Shown here piece by piece: positions 9,274-19,714 of a DNA stretch of 64,000 nucleotides (within the stretch, counting starts at the first letter, position 1; the number at the start of each line of letters is the position of its first letter). The stretch comes from Spirochaetia bacterium. GTDB taxonomy: Bacteria; Spirochaetota; Spirochaetia; UBA9216. The notes below the pieces were generated by a model that was not told where the DNA came from, searched no databases, and worked only from the letters and a program-made list of their open reading frames with translations. The DNA lies in contig OZ223264.1 of assembly GCA_965140585.1 (NCBI GenBank), positions 160,001 through 224,000 of the forward strand, given 5' to 3'. Both the position numbers and the translations under genes were made by a program.

Positions 9274-10166
9274 GAAAATTCGCCGTTCTGCTGACTGCCG
9301 TCCTGCTTTTCCTGCCTTCAATTGTTTCAGCAGAAAAGAATTATACTAATGAGAAGGTAGTTTTTCTGCCTCAGGATTTTTACGTTGGCGACCTCGTTGA
9401 AATGAGAGTTGTCATAAAGCCTGCTTCCGGAGTTATTGTTTCAAAACCCGAAACTCTTCCTGAATCCTACTGGATAAATATCGAGAATGCCGATGTCTTT
9501 CAGACTGAGGATAAGTACGAGTTAAGAGTTTTCCTGAGGCCATACGCTTCAGGAATCAGGACTCTTCCTACCATTCAGTTTGGTGATGTGAGACTTAGTG
9601 ATATAAAGATTCAGATCAATTCACTGCTTGATGAGACCGGTGCAGAATTTGCCCCCGTTGACGGACCGCTTATGCTTCCGGGAACCACCTATTATATAGC
9701 TATAATTGTCGGGATAGTTCTTGTTCTACCCCTGGTTGTCATACTTTTCTGGGCCCGCCTGCGCTACGGACTTGTATCCTTTATAAATGACAAAAGGAAA
9801 AAGCGGCCCTATAACCGCCTTATGAAGGTTCTTAAAGAACTGGATGATTCCGCCGGTAAACTCAAAGGCAACGAGTTCTATACTACCCTTATTGATGAAC
9901 TGAGGGCTTATCTCTCTGAAAAGGGGACTATTGATTACAGCGCCGCTACCGCTGCGGAAGGTTCCAGGATGATTTATGTAGATTTTATGAATACAGCCAG
10001 CCTTGATGAAATTGCGGAGCTTTTCAGTTTTTCCGATGAGGTAAAATTCGGCGGAAAACGGGTAATGATTCAGAGAAGAGAAAGCGACCTCGCTGCAGTG
10101 CGGGAGTTTGCTGAAGATATAGAATCCATGATGGATGAAACGGAGAAAAAGCATGTGGTTATTTGA
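9270..10166 (+). CDS. Membrane protein of the Bat operon
   Basis: GTG start overlapping the DUF58 stop, signal peptide, one TM segment, and a D.VKF motif typical of this operon position. Confidence 0.75.
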   Translation: MRKFAVLLTAVLLFLPSIVSAEKNYTNEKVVFLPQDFYVGDLVEMRVVIKPASGVIVSKPETLPESYWINIENADVFQTEDKYELRVFLRPYASGIRTLPTIQFGDVRLSDIKIQINSLLDETGAEFAPVDGPLMLPGTTYYIAIIVGIVLVLPLVVILFWARLRYGLVSFINDKRKKRPYNRLMKVLKELDDSAGKLKGNEFYTTLIDELRAYLSEKGTIDYSAATAAEGSRMIYVDFMNTASLDEIAELFSFSDEVKFGGKRVMIQRRESDLAAVREFAEDIESMMDETEKKHVVI

Positions 10167-11154
10167 AAGTCCTGCGTACCTTCTGCTTCTCACACTTTTT
10201 CTTCCTCTTATCTATTTCCGATACATTTACAAAGGCCGCGGAGGAACTATCCCGGCTGCGACTGGAATATGGAAGGGCAGCAATTTTACATCAAGAAATC
10301 ATTTTCTTAAATTCCTGCTCTTTGTTTCCACTGTTTCCTTCTGGGCCGGGTCTGTCTGTCTTGTTCTTGCTCTGGCAGGGCCGTCGTATGTTGAACGTGA
10401 AAAGATCTATCTTTCGCGTGGAACCGATATTGTATTTATTCTTGATGAATCCCCCAGTATGGCCGCCATGGATTTTCCACCTGTTAACCGTTTTGAATCG
10501 GCGAAGGATGTAATACGCAAATTTGTAAATGCCCGGGAGCACGATCCTGTCGGGCTTGTCACATTCGCAGACCAGGCCGCGCTTAGAATTCCGCCGACAC
10601 TTGATTACGACGGCTTCATGAATGAGCTTGAAGGGCTTGAAATGATGGAGCTCGGTTCAGGCACTGCTGTCGGTCTTGGAATCGCGATAGCGGCTCTTCA
10701 TATGGAAGACAGTACTGCGGATGAACGCATCATGATCCTCATAACCGACGGTGAAAACAATGCCGGAGAGATTGAACCATCAACAGCCGCAGATATTGCC
10801 GGCAAAATGGGGATCAAGATTTACTCAATCGGAATCGGAACAAGAGGCGAAGTTCCTATTGAATATACCGACCGTGAAACCGGAAAGATAATCACCGGGC
10901 AGTTCAACAGTGATTTCGATGAAGCCCTGCTTTCGGAAATAGCTGATAAAACAGGGGGGCACTACTTCTATGCTCCAAGTACCACTGCCCTTAACAGTAT
11001 TATAAGCCACATAGACTCGCTTGAAAGCAGCGAGAAACGTGTAAAAATTAAGACCACAGCAAAACCCGGCTACAGAAGAATGATCCTTCTTGCTCTAATT
11101 CTGATCAGCCTCGACCTGTTTATAAGAAAGCTGCTGCTGAGGGAGGTTCTCTGA
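10153..11154 (+). CDS. batA: BatA-like VWA domain protein
   Basis: N-terminal FESP.YL TM segment, MIDAS DESPSM, TDGENNAG. Confidence 0.85.
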   Translation: MWLFESPAYLLLLTLFLPLIYFRYIYKGRGGTIPAATGIWKGSNFTSRNHFLKFLLFVSTVSFWAGSVCLVLALAGPSYVEREKIYLSRGTDIVFILDESPSMAAMDFPPVNRFESAKDVIRKFVNAREHDPVGLVTFADQAALRIPPTLDYDGFMNELEGLEMMELGSGTAVGLGIAIAALHMEDSTADERIMILITDGENNAGEIEPSTAADIAGKMGIKIYSIGIGTRGEVPIEYTDRETGKIITGQFNSDFDEALLSEIADKTGGHYFYAPSTTALNSIISHIDSLESSEKRVKIKTTAKPGYRRMILLALILISLDLFIRKLLLREVL

Positions 11155-12143
11155 TGATGAAGAATCCTGAATCGGCCTGGCTTTTTCTTCTGCTGGTACC
11201 TGTAGTTGCCCTGCTTGTGTACAGGTTTTTCCGCGGCCGCAGGGATGTCCTGATGGTCGCCGGACGCTGGCGCGGCCGGGAATTTTATAATCTCTACTCA
11301 ATTAAGTACTTTTTCTCAGCCCTAGGAACAGTGGTTTTTATAGTCTTTTCAATTGTGGCGCTTCTAGGCTTTCCAGGCAATGAGTACCCTGTCAGCTTTG
11401 AATCAACCGGAACAGATACGATCTTCCTCATTGACATTTCCGAAAGCATGAACGCTGAGGATACTACTCCCTCAAGGCTTGAACGGGCTGCAAAGGCAGT
11501 CCAGAACATCTGTGAAAGCGCTGACTCCGGCCGGTTCGGCGTGGTTGTTTTCAAGGGGCAGGGAATACGTATAATTCCGCTTACCGAAGATACCCAGACA
11601 ATAAGCCAGTTTATGGAGCAGATATCAACTTCGCTGCTCACAAGTCCGGGCAGTGATATAGAAGACGGAATAAAAAAAGCAGTAGATTCATTCACCGGCG
11701 GAGAAGAACGTAAAAAAGTAATTATGCTGTTTTCAGACGGTGAAGCTCTTGCCGGAAGTGCAGAGAATGCAATTGAATATGCCCTTTCTTCTGAAGCAAC
11801 GGTATATTCCGCAGGTACAGGTACGGTATCCGGCGGAGGAATTCCGGCAGCAGACGGCAGCTTTCTGATCGATCCGGACGGCAACAGGGTACTAACAAGA
11901 CTTGATGAGGCAAACCTTCGAAGACTTTCAGAGTCAACCGGCGGCAGTTATTACAATATTTCTGAAACCGGTGTAATTTCTGAGCTTATCAGAATCTCAT
12001 CCGGTGATGAAATAAGTGAAGCCGAGCAGAAAGGTTTTGTTATTAAAACCCGTGACAGATACAGGGTTTTTCTGCTGCTGGCCTTTGCCGGCCTGATGAT
12101 GTCTGTAATTGTAAGGATAGTTAAGTGGAAAAATATTTTCTGA
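11154..12143 (+). CDS. batB: BatB-like VWA domain protein
   Basis: DISESM.AED..PSRL and SDGE motifs. Confidence 0.82.
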   Translation: MMKNPESAWLFLLLVPVVALLVYRFFRGRRDVLMVAGRWRGREFYNLYSIKYFFSALGTVVFIVFSIVALLGFPGNEYPVSFESTGTDTIFLIDISESMNAEDTTPSRLERAAKAVQNICESADSGRFGVVVFKGQGIRIIPLTEDTQTISQFMEQISTSLLTSPGSDIEDGIKKAVDSFTGGEERKKVIMLFSDGEALAGSAENAIEYALSSEATVYSAGTGTVSGGGIPAADGSFLIDPDGNRVLTRLDEANLRRLSESTGGSYYNISETGVISELIRISSGDEISEAEQKGFVIKTRDRYRVFLLLAFAGLMMSVIVRIVKWKNIF

Positions 12144-12718
12144 TATTCATAACAGTACTCGTGCTGCTGGTCTCAGGATGTGCCGATCCCGGAGTTTTTT
12201 ACTCTGTCTGGAACGGTAACAACGATTTTGCCCGGGGAGACTATCAGAGCGCTAATATCGCCTACCTTAGGGCTTTGCAGGGAGGGGTTTACTCTGATTA
12301 TATAAGCTATAATCTGGCCACTGTCTATTATGCTCTCGGTGAGGCTCCCGCGGCTATGGCAGAGTGGGAAAACTCCTCCCGCTCGCTGGATGATGATGTT
12401 CTGTTTAGAACTGTTTATAACCGCGGTGTTCTTAATTTTGAGCTGGGAAGATATACTGAAGCATTTGAAGATTTCAAAAATGCTCTGATTATAAATCCCG
12501 GTGATATGGATGCCAAAATTAATCTGGAATACAGCCTTCGAAGGATGTCGGCTAACAATAATCCTGTGGAATCTTCAGCTTCCTCGGCTACAACATCTGA
12601 TTCCGGTGAAACCTCGGATGAGATAAGGCGCGTTCTTCAGTTTATAAAAAGAAAGGACTCAAGTACCTGGCAGCCTGTTGAAGAGCAGGAAGTTGAGAAA
12701 GGGGTTCGGGACTGGTAA
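12125..12718 (+). CDS. BatC-like TPR lipoprotein
   Basis: Lipobox LVSGC, TPR repeats, terminal RDW. Confidence 0.75.
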   Translation: MEKYFLIFITVLVLLVSGCADPGVFYSVWNGNNDFARGDYQSANIAYLRALQGGVYSDYISYNLATVYYALGEAPAAMAEWENSSRSLDDDVLFRTVYNRGVLNFELGRYTEAFEDFKNALIINPGDMDAKINLEYSLRRMSANNNPVESSASSATTSDSGETSDEIRRVLQFIKRKDSSTWQPVEEQEVEKGVRDW

Positions 12719-14682
12719 TGCTGAAAAAAATTTCTTTAATGCTTTTACTTTCAGTTCTCCTCACCGCCGGACTCCCCGCACAGTCCCGGTTTCTTCCGGA
12801 TGACCAGCGACCGAAGGCAAAGATTGAAAGTATAGAGATTGAGCCCAATCCTGTTGGACGCGGAGATATTTTCACCCTGACTATTGATGTCGACTGGGAT
12901 AATGCTCTTGAGGTAGATCTTGATCTTGATGACTTCACTTCTGATTTTACAAAATGGCGTGGTCCATATATGCGCAGCTTTATAGATTCCACAAGTAAGG
13001 ATGATGTAAGGCGCAAGGTCAGAATTACCACAACTTTCAGGGCTGTCAAATCCGGCAGACAGATATTTCCTTCACTTACAGTAACTGCCGGTTCCTATGT
13101 CATGCAGACCGAGCCCCTGCTAATTAGGGTAGGGCTGTATGCTAACCGTAAACTTTATATGCCGCTTGAAGTAGAGTGGACAACTCCGGCTGAACGGATA
13201 TATGCGGGAGAAGCTATACCGCTTTTTCTGATGGTCAGGAATCAGGAAACTGTATCTATTTTCGACCGGACCAGGGTTGCAACACCAAGAGACGGCTTTC
13301 TTGAAGAGGCTGGAGACCTGGGTGAGATAACCCTTCTTGAAGCCGGCGATATTGTCCTTTACGATATCCCGGCTGAGGCTTTTATATTTACATCTCCGGT
13401 TTCCGGACGTGTTACCATCCCTGCTGCAGGAGTGGACCAGGGCGGAATTACCGGATGGAGTTCGGATTTTAATCTCGATATTCTTCCTATTCCAGAGGAG
13501 ATTCTTTCCACAGGTGCTGTGGGAAGCTTCAGTCTAAGTTCTGAAATCTCTTCAGATAAGATCTACACAGGCGATGAAATCAGGCTTACATCCAGAGTCA
13601 GCGGTACCGGAAACCAGAATTTTATGAAAATCCCTGATCCGGAAGTCCAGGGTCTGGTTCTTGTCTCAACTGAAGAAATTCCTGAATATTCGTACACGTC
13701 AACCGGCTATTCCGGAAGTAAAACTGTGCAGTACATTTATACCGCAGAAGAGCCGGGAGCAGCCTCGGTTCGTGTCCCTGAGTTTCCGTATCTGGACAGA
13801 GATTCCGGAAGAGTGGTCACTATCCCTGCTGAAAATTTCACAGTTGCGGTCAGTCCCGTTCCGGCGGCAGGTGAAGCCTCAGAAGACGAAATGATACCCC
13901 TTGTTAAGATTGAAGATGAGAGCAGAGGCCTCCGATGGAAATCTTTCTACATGAAGCCTGAATTCTACCTTTGGCTTCTCCCCGGGCCGTTCTTTCTGAT
14001 ACTGTTCTCTTTTGTAAAAGGACGGCGTCTGATAATCAGTCTAGTTATAACTGTAATTATTATGGTTGTTATTGTTTCTGTTACAAATGCTTTTTTCAGT
14101 ACTAAGGACAGCGGTGTACCTCCGGGGAATGCTGTCAGTTATTATAACACTGCTCTGGAGCGAATTGAGGAACATCAGTACACTTCAGCCCTGCATGAGC
14201 TTAGACTTGCCGTGTATACAGATCCGCTAAACAGTCAATATCGTGATGCTTTGGACTGGCTTGAAGATAAAATGGGTTTTGTAAACCCGGTAACTCCGGC
14301 ATTCCCTTATCATCCCGATATATTCTTTTTTGTTCTGATACTCTCATTTAATCTGCTTGCTGTCGGTTTTGTTTTGAGGAAGGTGATTCAAAGCGGAACC
14401 CCTGCTGTTATCATAATCCTCATGTCGGCAGTTATTCTGCTTTCGACCGGATTCATGCTTTACGGGCATATAAGCCGGACACGGCTTACCGGAATAATCA
14501 TGCCTAAAGACTCATATATTAAAAAGATTCCGGATGAATCTGCCGGTGACTGGCTGAGGATAGAGCAGGGAATCCCTGTCCGTCTGAAAGATGAGTCGGG
14601 TATCTTTACCCTTATAGAAACCGGAGACGGTATAAAGGGATGGATAAGCAGAGATAAGATCCGTCTGGACAGAGCTGACTGA
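12718..14682 (+). CDS. BatD-like protein with C-terminal BatE-like TPR/TM/SH3 module
   Basis: BatD-type GAVGSF...SGTGN motif; C-terminal SH3-like G.KGWI. Confidence 0.7.
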   Translation: MLKKISLMLLLSVLLTAGLPAQSRFLPDDQRPKAKIESIEIEPNPVGRGDIFTLTIDVDWDNALEVDLDLDDFTSDFTKWRGPYMRSFIDSTSKDDVRRKVRITTTFRAVKSGRQIFPSLTVTAGSYVMQTEPLLIRVGLYANRKLYMPLEVEWTTPAERIYAGEAIPLFLMVRNQETVSIFDRTRVATPRDGFLEEAGDLGEITLLEAGDIVLYDIPAEAFIFTSPVSGRVTIPAAGVDQGGITGWSSDFNLDILPIPEEILSTGAVGSFSLSSEISSDKIYTGDEIRLTSRVSGTGNQNFMKIPDPEVQGLVLVSTEEIPEYSYTSTGYSGSKTVQYIYTAEEPGAASVRVPEFPYLDRDSGRVVTIPAENFTVAVSPVPAAGEASEDEMIPLVKIEDESRGLRWKSFYMKPEFYLWLLPGPFFLILFSFVKGRRLIISLVITVIIMVVIVSVTNAFFSTKDSGVPPGNAVSYYNTALERIEEHQYTSALHELRLAVYTDPLNSQYRDALDWLEDKMGFVNPVTPAFPYHPDIFFFVLILSFNLLAVGFVLRKVIQSGTPAVIIILMSAVILLSTGFMLYGHISRTRLTGIIMPKDSYIKKIPDESAGDWLRIEQGIPVRLKDESGIFTLIETGDGIKGWISRDKIRLDRAD

Positions 14683-15047
14683 TGGATATGGATGCCTGGC
14701 TGGATATGTATCCGCCGGAAGATAAAGATAAAAACCTGACTGTCCGAAAAACACTTCCCGTCTCTGCGGGGAAGCTGAAAAAAATGCAGCCCCAGCGTTC
14801 ACTCGATCTCCACGGTCTGACTGCTGCTGAGGCCAGGACAGAGCTTTCTGATTTTCTCTCAAAATCCAAATCAGACGGTCTTAAAAAAGTCCTTATCATA
14901 CACGGGAAAGGATATCATTCTGCCGGAAAGCCTGTTCTGAAAGATGAGGTTATCAGATTTCTTGAAAGATGTAATGACGCCGGAACATTTGGTACTGCTC
15001 CGCGAGAACTAGGCGGGAGCGGAGCAACCTGGGTTCTTATTAAATAA
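14682..15047 (+). CDS. Smr/MutS family endonuclease domain protein
   Basis: Motifs LDLHGLT, IIHGKG and GGSGAT. Confidence 0.9.
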   Translation: MDMDAWLDMYPPEDKDKNLTVRKTLPVSAGKLKKMQPQRSLDLHGLTAAEARTELSDFLSKSKSDGLKKVLIIHGKGYHSAGKPVLKDEVIRFLERCNDAGTFGTAPRELGGSGATWVLIK

Positions 15048-15048
15048 C

Positions 15049-15267
15049 CTAACGTTCCCTGTAGATGATCCTTCCTCTGGTAAGATCATAGGGGGAAAGA
15101 GCAACCCGGACCTTATCACCGGGGACAATTCTAATGTAATGCTTACGCATTTTTCCTGACAGATGGGCAAGGATAACGTGTCCATTCTTCAGTTCTACTC
15201 TGAACATTGTGTTTGGAAGAGATTCCTTCACAATTCCTTCGACTTCGATAGCTTCTTCTTTAGCCAC
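15049..15267 (-). CDS. infA: Translation initiation factor IF-1
   Basis: [11 protein letters not shown]...[10 protein letters not shown]. Confidence 0.98.
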   Translation of the reverse strand: MAKEEAIEVEGIVKESLPNTMFRVELKNGHVILAHLSGKMRKHYIRIVPGDKVRVALSPYDLTRGRIIYRER

Positions 15268-15384
15268 AATACCTCCAAATAAGTTATTTGAATACTAAGT
15301 GAATAAGAATCCTTTGTCAACCAGTTGACATTTTTGCTTATATCATGGATATTTCCGCGTAACTAAAATGTTAACGAGGTAACT

Positions 15385-15741
15385 ATGGACACAGTATTTA
15401 TAGAAGAGATGAAGGACGAACTTCTCAAGCAGAAAGAGGAAATCGTAAAAAGTCTCATGTCCGAAAGCGATGATTTTGATGCAATTGTGAAAGCAAAGCA
15501 GCCCAAGGACCTCGCGGACATAGCCGCTGATGACATTGACCGCAACACACTTGAAACTCTCAGCTCTAATGATGTCAAAAGACTAAGGCTTATCGATTCA
15601 GCTCTTTCCCGTATTGCTAACGACAGATACGGCCTTTGTATGAGGTGTAATAAGAAAATCCCGCAGGAGAGGCTCAAGGCTATTCCTTACGCATTGATGT
15701 GTATTGAATGCAAATCATCTGACGAAAGAAGAAACAGGTAA
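15385..15741 (+). CDS. dksA: DksA/TraR C4 zinc finger protein
   Basis: DLADIA coiled-coil tip and YGLCMRC...RLKAIPYALMCIEC. Confidence 0.85.
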   Translation: MDTVFIEEMKDELLKQKEEIVKSLMSESDDFDAIVKAKQPKDLADIAADDIDRNTLETLSSNDVKRLRLIDSALSRIANDRYGLCMRCNKKIPQERLKAIPYALMCIECKSSDERRNR

Positions 15742-15795
15742 ATATACTAAACTTCTAAACTCCGCTTCTGTTAATCCGATAAATTTAACAGAGCG

Positions 15796-16179
15796 ATGGA
15801 AGTACAGAATATTTCAAGACAGTCATTAGCTTTATCCCAGATTGTTCGTGCGCAGGTAGGAACCGGCAGGATAGCTCTTCCTGTTCAAACCGGACAGGTT
15901 TATGCGCATTTCAAGCATATCACAGGTATATCCGGAAGCAGCAGTCTTCCTGCATACACTATTAATCAGCTTAGATCCATAGATAATATGATCGACCGCC
16001 TGAAGCTTCTAAAAGGTGAGGGTGAGGCCGATATCAAGATTCGAAACACAGAAAAATCAAATCTGGACAGTTTAATTACCAGTTATCGTGAACAGCTGGT
16101 TGATGCACTCAAGACGGAAAAAAACATCTATGGACCCCCTGTTGATGTCAGCGCCCTGTCTGTAGATATCACAGTCTGA
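15796..16179 (+). CDS. Hypothetical protein
   Basis: 127-aa ORF in operon orientation. Confidence 0.65.
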   Translation: MEVQNISRQSLALSQIVRAQVGTGRIALPVQTGQVYAHFKHITGISGSSSLPAYTINQLRSIDNMIDRLKLLKGEGEADIKIRNTEKSNLDSLITSYREQLVDALKTEKNIYGPPVDVSALSVDITV

Positions 16180-16192
16180 GGTCAGGATAAAT

Positions 16193-17335
16193 ATGGAAGA
16201 AATTGCTTCCGCTGTCATTATTGCCCTTGTTTTCTATGCAGTTATTCCCCTCATTGGAGCCTTTAACGTAAGAAGCGGCTGGAGAAAATTCCGTGAGCAG
16301 GTTCTTGAGGCTTCTGTAAGAACCGAGCTGGAGTATTCAAAGCCTGATAGGCATAAAGAGGGTGATGCAGGGTTGTTCCGGTTCATTGGAAATCTCCAGG
16401 CAATTCAGAATGAAAGCACCGTATGGGTCAGCAACGGAAAACTTTCGGTACGTGCAGAACTTCAGAAGGTCAAGATCTACATCCTTCCCAACAGTCAGGC
16501 CGGAAATGATTCAACATCCGTAGAGAAAAACCAAATCGCAGATCGTGAAGAAATGCCACGGAAGATGAGCTGGGAGCATGTATATTCATTGCCGCAGGGA
16601 ACTTCTTTTCTCTTTTCAGGAAAGATATTCATTGAAAACGGTATTCCTGTATTCCGAAACACTGATGAAGAACCCCTGCTTGCACTTATCTACGATGGTG
16701 CCGAGGAAACCCTTCTCAGGCGCTCAATATGGAGCGGACGGCAGATAAATGAATACTGGAACTCATTTACTCCAGTCTCGCTTATTGCGGGCTCGCTGTC
16801 CCTTTTTATAAATGCATATCTGGTATTCCGTAATCCCGCATTCAGGCCGGAAGCGCTGTTTATTCTGGTAATGAGTATAATTCCTCTGCTTGCACTGATG
16901 CCCCCTGGTATCCTCTTTTTTTTAATCTATAAATGGCTATGGCGTACCGGGCGCATACTCCGGGGCGAGAGAGATTTGATTAAACTGCCGATGCGCTATT
17001 TTAATGAAATGTTTGAAGCAGTCAGGAAGGGTTGCTTTTTTCTGGAGTATCCGAACTGCACGGCGGCAAAGGCCGATTACCCGGATGCTGTGATCCGGAG
17101 CAGCGGAATTCTGAAAGGAAAGCCGCTGGACAGATTTCATTCCTATGTTTTTTTAAGCAGTAATAATGATGTGTTTTTTGAAAGACTTATAATACCCGGC
17201 AATCCGAATATACTGTCTCAGAAATGCCGGAGCAGGGCAAGGCTGATGGAAATCTCGGCCATGGTCTTTTTTACCATTGGGCTGCTGTTGAATTCCATCC
17301 TTGCCTATATAGCTCTGGTTAAAATTATATTATGA
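16193..17335 (+). CDS. Hypothetical membrane protein
   Basis: 380-aa ORF with about four TM segments. Confidence 0.7.
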   Translation: MEEIASAVIIALVFYAVIPLIGAFNVRSGWRKFREQVLEASVRTELEYSKPDRHKEGDAGLFRFIGNLQAIQNESTVWVSNGKLSVRAELQKVKIYILPNSQAGNDSTSVEKNQIADREEMPRKMSWEHVYSLPQGTSFLFSGKIFIENGIPVFRNTDEEPLLALIYDGAEETLLRRSIWSGRQINEYWNSFTPVSLIAGSLSLFINAYLVFRNPAFRPEALFILVMSIIPLLALMPPGILFFLIYKWLWRTGRILRGERDLIKLPMRYFNEMFEAVRKGCFFLEYPNCTAAKADYPDAVIRSSGILKGKPLDRFHSYVFLSSNNDVFFERLIIPGNPNILSQKCRSRARLMEISAMVFFTIGLLLNSILAYIALVKIIL

Positions 17336-18463
17336 TTTCTTTCTGGCGTAGTTCACTGTAAGCTTTCTACCCTTGAAGTCCTTGCCGTTAAGTATTTCAA
17401 TTGCATTGTCTGCCAGTGAGGTTGTTAACTCGACGAAGGAATAACTGTCAAGAACCTTAATATTTCCGATATCAGATTGATCGATGCTGAGGCTGGAAAG
17501 AAAAAGCCTGCTTAAATCTCTGGGGTATACTCTTCTGTTTCTTCCGATGCTTATAAAAAGTGTTTGCTTGTCAGGGTCGGAGTTGGAGTCGGATCCGGTG
17601 TTTGATGTCCTGGGCCTTGAGTATGCGCTTTTACCAACGGCCTGTTTAAGCAGGAAGGCGCTCAGGTAGCCTCTCATTGAAAATGGTGCGTGTTTTTTAA
17701 AAAGTTTTTTGTAGGTGTTCAGCAGATCCGGATCTTCATCTTCTCTTATAGTCTTAATAAAATCCTTTATCTTTTTTTCAATTTCTGCTTCATTAATCGT
17801 CTGTGTGTTTTTCATTGAACATGTCTCCTGCTCTTTTTCGTTCTCCATGGAGATAATAATGGGTTTTTTTGTCAGAGGCTCAAGTAAGTCTATATTATCC
17901 AGCCTCTCAGTGTAGATAATGCTCTGCCTTCTCTCAGGCAGTTTGGAAAAAATAAAATCCAGATCCTGGTCAAAACCAAGATCGGTCAGGTTTGCAGGAG
18001 TATCAACTACAGCCGTTTTTATCCCGTTAAGCGAGATGTTTTCTCTGCGGATGTGGTCAATAATCCTGGAAGCTGTTCCGATAATTATATCGGGAGAGTC
18101 AGAGATGGATTTAAGTTCCTCTCTGATCTTGTCGTCCGACAGAAGTTCACAGATCTTTATACCTGATGTTTCTGCTGAACGGCAATGTCTGAACTCCTTT
18201 CTGATTCGCCGGACTTCCGGCTCTGTCGGAACTATTATCACGGCCTGAATGCCGTCTGTACTGGATTCAGTTGATGCCAGTACAGGAAAAATGAATGAGG
18301 CTCTTTTGCCTCTTGCCCCGTAGGTCCCTGTTATAAGATCGCGCTGCTGGGTAAATGCAGAAAAAACCTTATTCTGGAGGTTTGTAGGTTGTTTGAAACC
18401 TGCTTTTTTTAGAAGGATCTGTATCCTGTCTTCGGTTTTTACGGAACTCAGTTTTTGATACAT
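17330..18463 (-). CDS. Degenerate DEAD-box RecA1 domain fused to DbpA RNA-binding domain
   Basis: Q-motif GFKQPTNLQ, degenerate helicase motifs, and C-terminal LFISIGR...IG.I.V.DSYSFVE DbpA domain. Confidence 0.8.
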   Translation of the reverse strand: MYQKLSSVKTEDRIQILLKKAGFKQPTNLQNKVFSAFTQQRDLITGTYGARGKRASFIFPVLASTESSTDGIQAVIIVPTEPEVRRIRKEFRHCRSAETSGIKICELLSDDKIREELKSISDSPDIIIGTASRIIDHIRRENISLNGIKTAVVDTPANLTDLGFDQDLDFIFSKLPERRQSIIYTERLDNIDLLEPLTKKPIIISMENEKEQETCSMKNTQTINEAEIEKKIKDFIKTIREDEDPDLLNTYKKLFKKHAPFSMRGYLSAFLLKQAVGKSAYSRPRTSNTGSDSNSDPDKQTLFISIGRNRRVYPRDLSRLFLSSLSIDQSDIGNIKVLDSYSFVELTTSLADNAIEILNGKDFKGRKLTVNYARKKS

Positions 18464-18511
18464 GTCAGCAACAATAATAATATTTTTACCTTATAATCGG
18501 GAATATAAAAT

Positions 18512-19714
18512 ATGATAAAGAGAACAATACTAACTGCAATATTTATCCTCATTTCCATCTTAACGCTATATTCTGAAACTTTCAAGTTCAGTTATTCAGT
18601 TGATGACCGATACCGTATTCTCTCTAAAGTTGACGAGCATGTCTATGTAAACGGTGAATATTCTCATAGGGCGGATATCCTGAATAAAATAACTGTGCAC
18701 GTGACTGATGCTGATGAACAGGGCGGGCATATAAGCTCTGTTTTTCAAACCTCTGAGCGTTCATCCGGATCGACCGGTGTTTATCAATGGGCAACTGATT
18801 ATGACTCAGAGTTTATAAGAGATGAGTTCGGTAAATATACAATTGCACCGGAATACTACATGCCGGTTGTTCGTGATGTACCGGTTTTTCCGGATCGGGA
18901 TCTTCAGCCGGGAGATACCTGGACCTGGAAGGGGGAAGAGGTTCATGATTTCCGTAAAAATTTCGGAATACCTGATGCCTTTCACATTCCGATCTATGTG
19001 AATTATACCTACCTTGGAAAAGGCCTGTATGACGGGATCGAGTACGACAGGTTTTCTGTAAAATATAATATTTTCTTCAGGCCTTCAGTACCGTCCGGGG
19101 CAAACGGGCTGTATCCTGCAAGGATAAGCGGCAGTTCAGATCAGGTCGTATACTGGGATGCTGCGCTGGGACGACCGCAGGCTTACAAGGAAAGTTTTGA
19201 GTTTGCTTTTGATCTTTCAAACGGCGAATCAGTTGAATACACAGGAATATCAGAGGCTTATATTATAGACAGCCCGAAGATGGATAAAAAGGCCGTGGCA
19301 GAGGGCATTCAGAAAACAATTGATGATAAGGGCCTTGCTGATACTGATGTTGAGGTCAGTGATGAAGGGGTTAAGATTACCCTCAGTAATATTCAGTTCA
19401 GTCCGAATTCCTCCCGTCTTCTTGATAAAGAAAAAATTAAACTCGATCAGATTGCTGAGATACTCTGTGAATATCCTGATAGAGATATCCTGGTGGAAGG
19501 GCATACTGCAATGGCAGGTACCGCATCCGGCCGGCAGAAATTGTCTGAAGATCGGGCCCGTGCTGTGGCAGATTATCTTCTTTCAATAGGCTGTAAAAAA
19601 GAAGAGCAGGTAATAATGCGCGGATACGGGGCGGAGCGTCCGGTTGCAGATAATTCAACAGAAGCCGGAATGCAGAAAAACCGGCGTGTTGAAATTACAA
19701 TACTGGAGAACTGA
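18512..19714 (+). CDS. OmpA family peptidoglycan-binding protein
   Basis: Signal peptide; C-terminal VEGHT...LSEDRARAV...KNRRVEI. Confidence 0.9.
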   Translation: MIKRTILTAIFILISILTLYSETFKFSYSVDDRYRILSKVDEHVYVNGEYSHRADILNKITVHVTDADEQGGHISSVFQTSERSSGSTGVYQWATDYDSEFIRDEFGKYTIAPEYYMPVVRDVPVFPDRDLQPGDTWTWKGEEVHDFRKNFGIPDAFHIPIYVNYTYLGKGLYDGIEYDRFSVKYNIFFRPSVPSGANGLYPARISGSSDQVVYWDAALGRPQAYKESFEFAFDLSNGESVEYTGISEAYIIDSPKMDKKAVAEGIQKTIDDKGLADTDVEVSDEGVKITLSNIQFSPNSSRLLDKEKIKLDQIAEILCEYPDRDILVEGHTAMAGTASGRQKLSEDRARAVADYLLSIGCKKEEQVIMRGYGAERPVADNSTEAGMQKNRRVEITILEN

